A stretch of 64,000 nucleotides of DNA from Marispirochaeta sp. Its GTDB lineage: Bacteria > Spirochaetota > Spirochaetia > JC444 > Marispirochaetaceae. The position numbers and the translations under genes are program-made. Under the pieces are notes generated by a model. That model made no database searches and was not told where the DNA came from. It worked only from the letters and a program-made list of their open reading frames with translations. The stretch is from positions 480,001-544,000 of the forward strand of contig CAXXFF010000001.1 of the NCBI GenBank assembly GCA_963676835.2, given 5' to 3'. This document shows positions 38,917-46,806 of this stretch, piece by piece. Positions within the stretch are counted from its first letter, which is position 1; each line of letters starts with the position of its first letter.

Positions 38917-38945
38917 ATTATAGCACAGCCCGGGAAGGATGTCAG
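38917..38945 (-). promoter_or_regulatory. sigma70 promoter upstream of the SH3/DUF445/DGC genes
   Basis: CTGACA-17bp-TATAAT with TGn extension. Confidence 0.6.
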
Positions 38946-38978
38946 GATTCCTTTTTACTGCCCTTTTTAATCCCCTTT

Positions 38979-40961
38979 TTAATCCCCTTTTAAACGCTGT
39001 ATCTCGTCCCGGATGAGGGCTGCTTTTTCGAATTCAAGATTCTTTGCCGTCTCGAGCATCTCATTCTCGAGGGCTTTTATCAGGGCTGCCTTCTCTTTTG
39101 GTATAAGAATGTTATAACTGTTCTTAAGCACATCGATAACCTTCTCTTCCGCAGCCCGGCTCTCCTCTTTCTGCCGCACCAGAATATCCTGTATCGCCTT
39201 CTTTACCGTTTGAGGGGTTATACCGTGCTCCCGGTTGTACTCCTCCTGAATAGCCCTGCGCCGGGCGGTTTCACTAATAGCCTCGGTCATGGCCCGGGAC
39301 TCCCGGTCGGCATACATGATAACCCGGCCGTCGGCGTTACGGGCAGCCCGCCCGATGGTCTGGATCAGGGATGTGGCAGAACGGAGAAAGCCGATTTTAT
39401 CGGCATCGAGAATGGCGATCAGGGCTACTTCAGGCAAATCCAGCCCTTCCCGCAGGAGGTTGATTCCCACCAGCACGTCAAAGGACCCCTGACGCAGCTG
39501 GGTAAGCAGCTCCACCCGCTCTATGGTTTCAATTTCAGAATGCAGATAACGCACCCGAACCCCCAGCCCGCTGAGGTAATCCGTAAGGTCTTCGGACATT
39601 TTCTTGGTAAGGGTAGTAATCAGGGTACGGTATCCCGCGGCGGTGCTCTTTTTTATCTCGCCGTAAAGATCCTCTATCTGGCCGTCGGTGGGCCGCACCT
39701 CAATGGGAGGATCCAGAAGCCCTGTAGGGCGGATAACCTGCTCCACAACCTGGCTTGAGCGGCGGATCTCCTCGGTCCCGGGGGTGGCGCTGACAAAAAC
39801 CGCCTGATCCAGAAGCTGCTCAAACTCGGCAAAGATAAGCGGCCGGTTATCCAGGGCCGAGGGAAGACGGAAACCATGGTTTACAAGATTGTTTTTCCTG
39901 GACCGGTCCCCCTCATACATCCCCCCTACCTGAGGCAGGGTGACATGGCTCTCATCCACCATGGTAAGAAATCCCGGTGGAAAATAATCCAATAGAACCG
40001 AGGGACGCTCTCCCTCAATACGGTTGGAAAGATGACGGGAGTAGTTCTCTATCCCGGAACAGTAGCCCATCTCCTCCATCATCTCCAGGTCGTATTCGGT
40101 ACGGGTTTTAAGCCGTTGTGCTTCCACTATGCGGCCGGCCTCATTGAGACTGGTATATTGCTCCTCAAGCTCATCCCGGATAGCCTGAAGGGATTTGTGA
40201 ATCTGATCTTCGGGCATGACAAAATGCTTGGCAGGATAGACCACACAGTGGTCGGTCTCTTCCAGAACAGTCATTCCCACCGGGTCCATGCGGCGGATAC
40301 GGGCGATCTCATCCCAGTCAAGCTCAATTCGGTAGGCATGCTCAGCATAGGCCGGGTAGATTTCCAGCACATCACCGCGGATACGGAAATTACCCCTGTC
40401 AAGGATATGATCATTCCGGGTGTACTGCAGCCCGATAAGCTGCCGGGCTATTACAGCGGAATCAGCCACATCCCCCACCTTGAAGCGCAGACGCATATCA
40501 CTGAAGGATTTCGGGCTGCCAAGGCCGTAGATGCACGAAACAGTCGCTACGATAATCACATCCTCACGTTCCATCAGTGAGGAGGTGGCCGAGAGGCGCA
40601 GCCGGTCTATCTCGTCATTGATGGACGCATCCTTCTCAATATAGAGATCCCGGGACGGGACATAGGCTTCGGGCTGATAATAATCGTAGTAGGAGACAAA
40701 GTATTCCACCGCATTATCCGGGAAGAAATCGAGGAACTCCCGGTAGAGCTGGGCGGCAAGGGTCTTGTTGTGGCTCACCACCAGGGTCGGTTTCTGTACG
40801 GCCTCGATAATCTTGGCCATGGTGAAGGTTTTTCCCGACCCGGTAACACCTTTGAGGGTCTGAAAGCGGTCCCCTCTGCGGATTCCTTCAACCAGAGATT
40901 TTATTGCCGGCCCCTGGTCTCCGGCGGGTTCATATGCGGCTTTTACGGTAAAAGAGGCCAT
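38979..40961 (-). CDS. uvrB: Excinuclease ABC subunit B
   Basis: GVTGSGKT, YFVSYYDYYQPEAY, DESH, GINLLREGLD, QTIGRAAR. Confidence 0.97.
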   Translation of the reverse strand: MASFTVKAAYEPAGDQGPAIKSLVEGIRRGDRFQTLKGVTGSGKTFTMAKIIEAVQKPTLVVSHNKTLAAQLYREFLDFFPDNAVEYFVSYYDYYQPEAYVPSRDLYIEKDASINDEIDRLRLSATSSLMEREDVIIVATVSCIYGLGSPKSFSDMRLRFKVGDVADSAVIARQLIGLQYTRNDHILDRGNFRIRGDVLEIYPAYAEHAYRIELDWDEIARIRRMDPVGMTVLEETDHCVVYPAKHFVMPEDQIHKSLQAIRDELEEQYTSLNEAGRIVEAQRLKTRTEYDLEMMEEMGYCSGIENYSRHLSNRIEGERPSVLLDYFPPGFLTMVDESHVTLPQVGGMYEGDRSRKNNLVNHGFRLPSALDNRPLIFAEFEQLLDQAVFVSATPGTEEIRRSSQVVEQVIRPTGLLDPPIEVRPTDGQIEDLYGEIKKSTAAGYRTLITTLTKKMSEDLTDYLSGLGVRVRYLHSEIETIERVELLTQLRQGSFDVLVGINLLREGLDLPEVALIAILDADKIGFLRSATSLIQTIGRAARNADGRVIMYADRESRAMTEAISETARRRAIQEEYNREHGITPQTVKKAIQDILVRQKEESRAAEEKVIDVLKNSYNILIPKEKAALIKALENEMLETAKNLEFEKAALIRDEIQRLKGD

Positions 40962-40964
40962 AAC

Positions 40965-42197
40965 CTAGTTCCAGTACAGCTCTTCCGGCCGTTCCGAGAG
41001 TTCAAGCTGGAAGGTTTTCTCACTTCTGCCCCGGAGAACTACAACCTCTACAATATCACCTGGCCGGTTGTCTTCCAGAGCACCCAGAAGATCCGAAATT
41101 GTCTCAGTCTCCTCACCGTCGACCTTGATAATGATATCCCCTCCGAGGTAGAGCACAGAACGGCCGTAGCGGACAGGATTGTTCTGATCCCCCCCCCGAA
41201 TGCCGGCTTTCTCCGCAGCCCCCCCACGGGTAAGCTTGGACACCAGAATCCCCTTCTCCACGGGAAGCTTGGCATAACGGACAATATTCACATCCAGCTG
41301 AACCGGGACCAGATCTATCCATCCCCGGCGGACAACACCGTATTCGATAAGATCGGGAACAATTCTACGGGCGGTATCAACGGGAGAAGCAAACCCGATT
41401 CCCACGGAGCCACCGGAGGGACTGTAGATCATGGTATTTATTCCAATCATCTCTCCCCGGGAATTAAGCAGCGGCCCCCCGGAGTTTCCGGGATTAATGC
41501 TGGCATCGGTCTGAATCATGTCCCGGATAACCATATTCGAAGAGGTCCGTACCGGCCGTCCCAGACCGGAAACAATACCGGTGGTAAGGGTACGGTCGTA
41601 ACCGAATGGGTTTCCAATGGCAAGAACCTTCTGTCCCACCTTCAGATCGGAAGAGGTTCCGAAGGGTATGGTGACAAGTTCCTTCCCCGCCGGATCAAAC
41701 TTAACCACCGCAAGGTCGTTCTCGGCATCCTTGCCTACAACCTCTCCGTCGTACTGACTGCCGTCGGCCAGGTTTATATGAACCTTATAGGCCTTCTCTA
41801 CCACATGATAGTTGGTAAGAATATATCCCCGGCGGTCTATGATGGAGCCGGAACCGGTGCCGCCGTCGGAGGGTACGGGCTCGAGAAACCAGTTGAGAGC
41901 CAGGGTTTCGGTCGTAATATTGACTACCCCCTGATTCATTCGCTCATAGGTGCGGATATTCTGCAGCTCGTCTTCGGTATACTCATTTGAGTCATTAACA
42001 AAGTAGGCATGCTCAGGGGGCAGAGGGTTTGTTTCGAGATTGAAGGAGGACTCAGGCGCGGCTTTGCTGCCGGACACCGGAATTGCAGTCTCGCCGGAAG
42101 AACGGCTGAAAAGCCCAAACCCTGCGGCAATAAGAACCACAATCAGGGCGGTGGCAAGGGTATAGAAAAGCATCTGTCCGCGGCTGTAGAGTTTCAT
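40965..42197 (-). CDS. htrA: HtrA/DegP-family serine protease with one PDZ domain
   Basis: TNYHVV, DLAVVK, INPGNSGGPL catalytic triad; N-terminal TM. Confidence 0.92.
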   Translation of the reverse strand: MKLYSRGQMLFYTLATALIVVLIAAGFGLFSRSSGETAIPVSGSKAAPESSFNLETNPLPPEHAYFVNDSNEYTEDELQNIRTYERMNQGVVNITTETLALNWFLEPVPSDGGTGSGSIIDRRGYILTNYHVVEKAYKVHINLADGSQYDGEVVGKDAENDLAVVKFDPAGKELVTIPFGTSSDLKVGQKVLAIGNPFGYDRTLTTGIVSGLGRPVRTSSNMVIRDMIQTDASINPGNSGGPLLNSRGEMIGINTMIYSPSGGSVGIGFASPVDTARRIVPDLIEYGVVRRGWIDLVPVQLDVNIVRYAKLPVEKGILVSKLTRGGAAEKAGIRGGDQNNPVRYGRSVLYLGGDIIIKVDGEETETISDLLGALEDNRPGDIVEVVVLRGRSEKTFQLELSERPEELYWN

Positions 42198-42222
42198 GCT
42201 GCCTCCTTACTGCAACCCTTTT

Positions 42223-42251
42223 AATATAGCGGTATGGAGGCCCTCTGCCAA
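42223..42251 (-). promoter_or_regulatory. sigma70 promoter of htrA-uvrB
   Basis: TTGGCA-17bp-TATATT. Confidence 0.55.
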
Positions 42252-42275
42252 CCGAGAACAGATATTCCTAAACAA

Positions 42276-43658
42276 CTACTTCATGGTGCGGGCAGCCTCT
42301 TCCAGGGCGGCCACCAGCTCTTCGGTGGAGGGAATTATGGAAGGATATTTCATCTCTCCGTTGATATAGATACAGGGAAGACAGGGTATCTCCTGATACT
42401 GAATTCTGGCTATATCACCGGGGGTGTTGTACTGAAACACCTGCATCTCTATGGCGTCTTTAAGAATTTCCTCTGCAGATTCCGCTGAAGCAAGCATGTA
42501 GGTACAGGCAGCGCAGGCCTTGGGATCGAGGAGAAAAACCTCCATCAAGGGCTTTTCCAGGGAAGAATAGTCCGGCAGACGCACCTGTATATTTGCGAAA
42601 CTGCCTCCGGTGGAGTATTTCTTTACAATATCCCTGATTGCATTTCGTTCCTGTACCGCCTGGGCTACGCCTACTGCATTTTCAGGAGGTACATCGTAGG
42701 GCATGTCGCAACCCGGAGCTATAATCAGATTCTTTGTAAGAGAGAGTCCCGCACCTTCGATCCTGTCCATGAGATCAATGGTAAACTTCATGTTATCCAT
42801 CTGGTTTCCGAAGAGCATGACCGTTGTAAGGGGAATGTTTCCTCCAAGTACAATATTGTACTTGTCGGTAATGGTTTTTGCCTCGATCATGTTAACATTT
42901 TCATCCACCGCAATGGCATCAGGCGCGGTACGGCACATATTTTCTATGTTGAAGATGGCATTGCCGCAGACAAAGAGAGAACTGAAGGCCTTGCGGCTGC
43001 GGATATGATCAAAAAGCCGGGTGTAGGGTTCCAGAAAAAACTGCTCAAAATGCTTCGGAGAGATCTGTGACATAAGCGGATCAACAGGAACAATCACGTC
43101 CATGCCCTCATCGATATAGTAATCCGCCATGGCAATGGCAATATCCGTTGTGTAGGCAATAATCTTATGGATATATTCAGGCGCCTTGACCAGATTCATG
43201 AAAAGCTTCATCCCCCTCAGGTGAGAAGCTAGGGTCAGGGGACCGCAGAACAGACCATAGAGGGCGGTAGTCTCACCGACGGCCTCTTTAAACCGGCGCA
43301 TCACATCCCAGACCATGGGCAGACGGCCCTCATCCTTTCCAGGAATCTTTGTCGGAATCTCATCGGTTTTTTCTAATGGATGACTCACCACCGAGGGCAG
43401 ATTGTTCTCTATCCAGGCAAGTTCGCAACCGAGAATCTCTGCTTCAAGCTGCAGATCAAACATAACGGTCTGACCGTCGGGACTGTAAAGACGGTTAACC
43501 TCCATAAGGGATTCAAACAGTTTATCCGGATCCTGAAGCACCTCTATGGCGTTGTATCCTCTGGTTTTTCCCGCATGGATGCCCGCATAAGGAACCCATG
43601 GCGGACGTTCCACCTCTTCGTGACGGAGTACTTTATATATAAGCTCTTTACCGTTCAT
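42276..43658 (-). CDS. MtaA/UroD-family methylcobamide methyltransferase (MT2-like) fused to a C-terminal thioredoxin-like domain
   Basis: DLQLEAEILGC, GPLTLA, FVCGN, GNIP, APGCD; C-terminus CAACTYM...PCIYING; ATG 43658 with CAGGAG SD. Confidence 0.85.
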   Translation of the reverse strand: MNGKELIYKVLRHEEVERPPWVPYAGIHAGKTRGYNAIEVLQDPDKLFESLMEVNRLYSPDGQTVMFDLQLEAEILGCELAWIENNLPSVVSHPLEKTDEIPTKIPGKDEGRLPMVWDVMRRFKEAVGETTALYGLFCGPLTLASHLRGMKLFMNLVKAPEYIHKIIAYTTDIAIAMADYYIDEGMDVIVPVDPLMSQISPKHFEQFFLEPYTRLFDHIRSRKAFSSLFVCGNAIFNIENMCRTAPDAIAVDENVNMIEAKTITDKYNIVLGGNIPLTTVMLFGNQMDNMKFTIDLMDRIEGAGLSLTKNLIIAPGCDMPYDVPPENAVGVAQAVQERNAIRDIVKKYSTGGSFANIQVRLPDYSSLEKPLMEVFLLDPKACAACTYMLASAESAEEILKDAIEMQVFQYNTPGDIARIQYQEIPCLPCIYINGEMKYPSIIPSTEELVAALEEAARTMK

Positions 43659-43680
43659 AGCATAATCTCCTGCTCTGGTA

Positions 43681-44352
43681 TTAAAAATATTGCTCCATCC
43701 CCATAACTTCTCCGGGTGGCAGAATGATAATATCTTCCGACTCTTCAAAGAGAAGCATCCGCTCAAACAGACTTCCCCGGACAGAGCGCTCCTCAAATTC
43801 AAGGGCGAACTCATCTGCAAACCCTTGAGAAATCTCCCGGTACTTTTCCATTCCGTATGCCCCGGTATCAAGCAGCATGATCCTTCTGTAATGGGTAAGG
43901 ATCATCCCCATATACTCCCTGGCCTGCTCTTCGCCGTAGCGCTCTTTGTACGCCGGATATTCAAGGAGATGGCACTGCCCTTCTGCGGACTCAATAAAGC
44001 CTTTTGTCAGGTAGAGGGTTCCCTGTTCCTCTTCCGTGGCTTCACGGAACTGCCTGTGGGAACCGAAAAAAAGACCTATACAGTCATGCACCCGGGGAAA
44101 AACAAGCTCTTTGTCCGCAGAAGTGAGCCCGACAACACTGTTTGAACAGAGTCCGATACCGAAAATAATCCGTCTGATTTCCGCCGGGGCAGTGTCTATG
44201 GTTTCCTGCAGATAGCTGTTCATCTCTTCCTGACGGCTGTGTTTTTCAAAGGGAACAACATGAACCATCATCTCCGGTGGAATGAGTTTTCCGTATTCGT
44301 ACACTACAGTCTGGCAGATAACCACCATGGTATCGGCAGGGGGAGTATTCAT
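43681..44352 (-). CDS. DUF1638 family protein
   Basis: ICQTV, GLCSN, HDCI, LYLTKG, YGEEQA...HYRRIMLLDTG pattern typical of DUF1638. Confidence 0.75.
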   Translation of the reverse strand: MNTPPADTMVVICQTVVYEYGKLIPPEMMVHVVPFEKHSRQEEMNSYLQETIDTAPAEIRRIIFGIGLCSNSVVGLTSADKELVFPRVHDCIGLFFGSHRQFREATEEEQGTLYLTKGFIESAEGQCHLLEYPAYKERYGEEQAREYMGMILTHYRRIMLLDTGAYGMEKYREISQGFADEFALEFEERSVRGSLFERMLLFEESEDIIILPPGEVMGMEQYF

Positions 44353-44370
44353 ATCACCGTAAAATGTAAA

Positions 44371-44389
44371 CCGGCAGCACTGCTGCCGG
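44371..44389. other. GC-rich inverted repeat between the corrinoid and DUF1638 genes
   Basis: CCGGCAGCA-C-TGCTGCCGG. Confidence 0.4.
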
Positions 44390-44401
44390 CCATATTCTGC
44401 A

Positions 44402-45100
44402 TCAGGCGTTCAGGGCGCCGAGAATAATCGGCTCCTGACTGCCTCCGGCAGCCCCGCGTTCCATAAGCTGGTTGCAGAGATGCACACATTCACCGGCGGT
44501 ATTTGAGTACCCGTCGGCACTTATCATCTGCGTCCACTGGGGAGTAACCGGCCCTCCGCCGAGAATTACCGAATACTTATCCCGGATCCCCATAGCTTTA
44601 AGGGTCTCAATAAGCTCTTTCTGGTAGGGAAGAGAGGTGGTAATAAGGGTTGAGCAGGCAATTATATCCGCCTCTTCCCTCACTGCAGTATCAATAAACT
44701 GCTTTACTCCTACATCAATTCCCAGATCGACGACCTTGAAGCCGTTGGCGGAAAGCACCGCCTTGACCAGGTTCTTTCCGATATCATGGTGATCCCCGGC
44801 CATTACTCCCAGAATGATAGTCCCGGACTCGGCACCGTCGCCTCCGCGTTTGCGGATTTCCGCAAGAAGAATATTCATTGCCTCAGTGGCCGCCTCACCG
44901 CCGAGCATCAGCTCCGGAAGAAAGGCTTCTCCGTCCTCAAACTGCTGGCCCATAAGATCCATGGCAGTCTGAATCCCCTGTTTGATTACCGTCAGGGGCT
45001 CCAATCCGGCAGCCAGACTCTCTTCTGCAGCCTTTGCGGCATCTTCAGCCTCGCCTTCCATAACAGCGTTATACAGTTTCTTGATTATTTCATCTGACAT
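44402..45100 (-). CDS. Methyltransferase-cognate corrinoid protein (MtmC/MttC-like)
   Basis: Cap domain FLPELML; B12-binding DHHDIGKNLV (DxHxxG), DLGIDV, GGGPVT. Confidence 0.92.
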   Translation of the reverse strand: MSDEIIKKLYNAVMEGEAEDAAKAAEESLAAGLEPLTVIKQGIQTAMDLMGQQFEDGEAFLPELMLGGEAATEAMNILLAEIRKRGGDGAESGTIILGVMAGDHHDIGKNLVKAVLSANGFKVVDLGIDVGVKQFIDTAVREEADIIACSTLITTSLPYQKELIETLKAMGIRDKYSVILGGGPVTPQWTQMISADGYSNTAGECVHLCNQLMERGAAGGSQEPIILGALNA

Positions 45101-45156
45101 ATCGTCTCTCCTGATTACGTTCTCTTTTCAAATCAGCTCAAATCGGCACTCAAAAT

Positions 45157-46536
45157 TTAAGCCAGGGGAAATCCGCTTTTAACGGCCTCTTCCCGTACCT
45201 GGTCATATACCTTCTCCGCCTCCGGCAGGGGCCGGAAATTCTTCAGATCCCAGACCTCTTCCACGGGCTTTCCAATATCCGGCGTTTTGATCTGATCCTC
45301 GTATTTGGGGGCGAAGGTTTTCGCAAGCTCGTTCACAGATTCCAGGGACATTCCCGATGCAGCATGGGCAACTTCAGCACACCAGCGGCACTCAAGGGGA
45401 GAAAGATAGTCATTGAACTTTCCTCCCGCTGCCCGGGGACCGGTACTGAAAGCGGCACCTGACGCGGCAATAATGGAAACTCCAACCAGGGTTTCGTACA
45501 TAAGGCCCGGTGTTCCCGGTCCGCTTACCTGGTTTGCAATACCGTGGGAGCAGATATGGGTGTTTCTGCTCAGGGCCTGGTGGGTAACACTGAGAGCCCA
45601 GAGTCCATCCCGGTTTACATTGGAGAGATAGCGGATATCGTAGAGTTCTCCACCGCCGACGGTGGAAAAGAGCACTGCATACTGAAGAAGACCTGCAGCG
45701 ATACTTGAGATGATAGCCCCTTCAGGGGTTCCCGGCATTCCACCGATCATTCCCGGAGAACCGGCAAATATCATTCCATCGACTTCAAGGGAATGGACTA
45801 CCTTGTGAAGAGTCTGATTATTGATCTTCAGCTCAGAAGGATAGAGAATCAGCGAGAGATCGGTATTATAGAAACCATCCTTTGCGCCATAGCAGAACTG
45901 ACCGTATTCGGTAACCGCGGAAATATTACCGATTCCCGGCATACCTTCCCGTCCGGCCTTTTTGCGGATAACCCGGTGCATCTTGGCCTGCTCATAGGTT
46001 AGCAGGGTTTCCGAAGGATCATTGGGAAGGGCTTCAAGTCCGTTGATGGTACACATGGATCCGCCTTCCAGAAGGTCAACCTCAAGCTGACGGGCAATAC
46101 CTTCAGTAAGCAGAGGCCATTTATCTTCCGAGATAGTTATACCCAGAGAAGCTCCGAAAAGCATGGGTCTGGGATCCTCGGGAACCCGGCTTTTCATAAC
46201 CCGCTTGTCCGGTCCGAAACCGAGGGTTACTTCCGAAGGGGCCAGATGAAGGGCGCTTTTAAGTTCGTCTTCACTGATGCGTATTATTCTCTCCCGGGCT
46301 TCGTTATACATACCCAGTTCCAGGGCCAGCTCAAATCCAGCCTGGAAAAACCTGTCTGCCAGCTCCATGTTGGTGTTTACAGGATTCTCCCGGTCTACAC
46401 TCTTCTGAAGCTCATACTTCTGCAGCATTTTCTTTACCGCCTGGGGGATCTTTTTCAGGTCCCAGTCCCTGGCACTGCAGTACTCTCCCTCACGGGAACG
46501 GCGTAAAATCTCTATCAAATCCGGTTTCTGTTTCAC
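45157..46536 (-). CDS. MtmB-family (monomethylamine methyltransferase-like) protein without pyrrolysine
   Basis: Full-length similarity to recalled MtmB motifs (GE.C...DWDL.KIP, FQAGFE, AGR.GM, ELKI, GP.T, ASG, E.R...EVA); no in-frame TAG; GTG start with AAGGAG SD. Confidence 0.88.
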   Translation of the reverse strand: MKQKPDLIEILRRSREGEYCSARDWDLKKIPQAVKKMLQKYELQKSVDRENPVNTNMELADRFFQAGFELALELGMYNEARERIIRISEDELKSALHLAPSEVTLGFGPDKRVMKSRVPEDPRPMLFGASLGITISEDKWPLLTEGIARQLEVDLLEGGSMCTINGLEALPNDPSETLLTYEQAKMHRVIRKKAGREGMPGIGNISAVTEYGQFCYGAKDGFYNTDLSLILYPSELKINNQTLHKVVHSLEVDGMIFAGSPGMIGGMPGTPEGAIISSIAAGLLQYAVLFSTVGGGELYDIRYLSNVNRDGLWALSVTHQALSRNTHICSHGIANQVSGPGTPGLMYETLVGVSIIAASGAAFSTGPRAAGGKFNDYLSPLECRWCAEVAHAASGMSLESVNELAKTFAPKYEDQIKTPDIGKPVEEVWDLKNFRPLPEAEKVYDQVREEAVKSGFPLA

Positions 46537-46638
46537 AGTCTACTCCTTATAAAACGTGATCATACAGACCTGTCACTGTCTGGTTGAATTAGTGTTTTAG
46601 AAAGAAGGCAGTTATACTAAGTTCGTGAAATCGCCATT

Positions 46639-46688
46639 CAAGCAGCTTGGTTTTAGACTTGCACCAGTTGCAAGGTTTCATTTGCCTG
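46639..46688 (-). promoter_or_regulatory. Conserved leader element copy A (candidate cis-regulatory RNA)
   Basis: CAGGCA-AATGAAAC-CTTGC-AACTGGT-GCAAG-TCTAAAACCAAGC-TGCTTG; near-copy at 53642-53690. Confidence 0.55.
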
Positions 46689-46806
46689 TGATTAAAATGC
46701 TTTCACTATAACCACAATCTTTTTTTCCGGCCCTTACCTGAAAGTATGGTACAGAAGGTACGGAACATTCCAATCTCTTTTACTGCTTTCCTCCTCCCGT
46801 TCTCCC

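Noticed and set aside
40770..41990. 406-aa plus-strand ORF
   Set aside because: Antisense to htrA/uvrB; shadow ORF
43659..43871. 71-aa N-terminal extension of the MtaA-like ORF
   Set aside because: Overlaps DUF1638; a good SD precedes ATG 43658
45157..46536. Pyrrolysine (amber) recoding in the MtmB-like gene
   Set aside because: ORF is open with ATC at codon 202; no pyl genes or tRNA-Pyl seen in the window
46639..46688. Match of the leader element to c-di-GMP-I, purine or cobalamin riboswitches
   Set aside because: Shares short words with c-di-GMP-I (GGCAAA, GAAA, CUAA), but the stem arrangement does not fit and copy B lacks them; no purine or B12-box core
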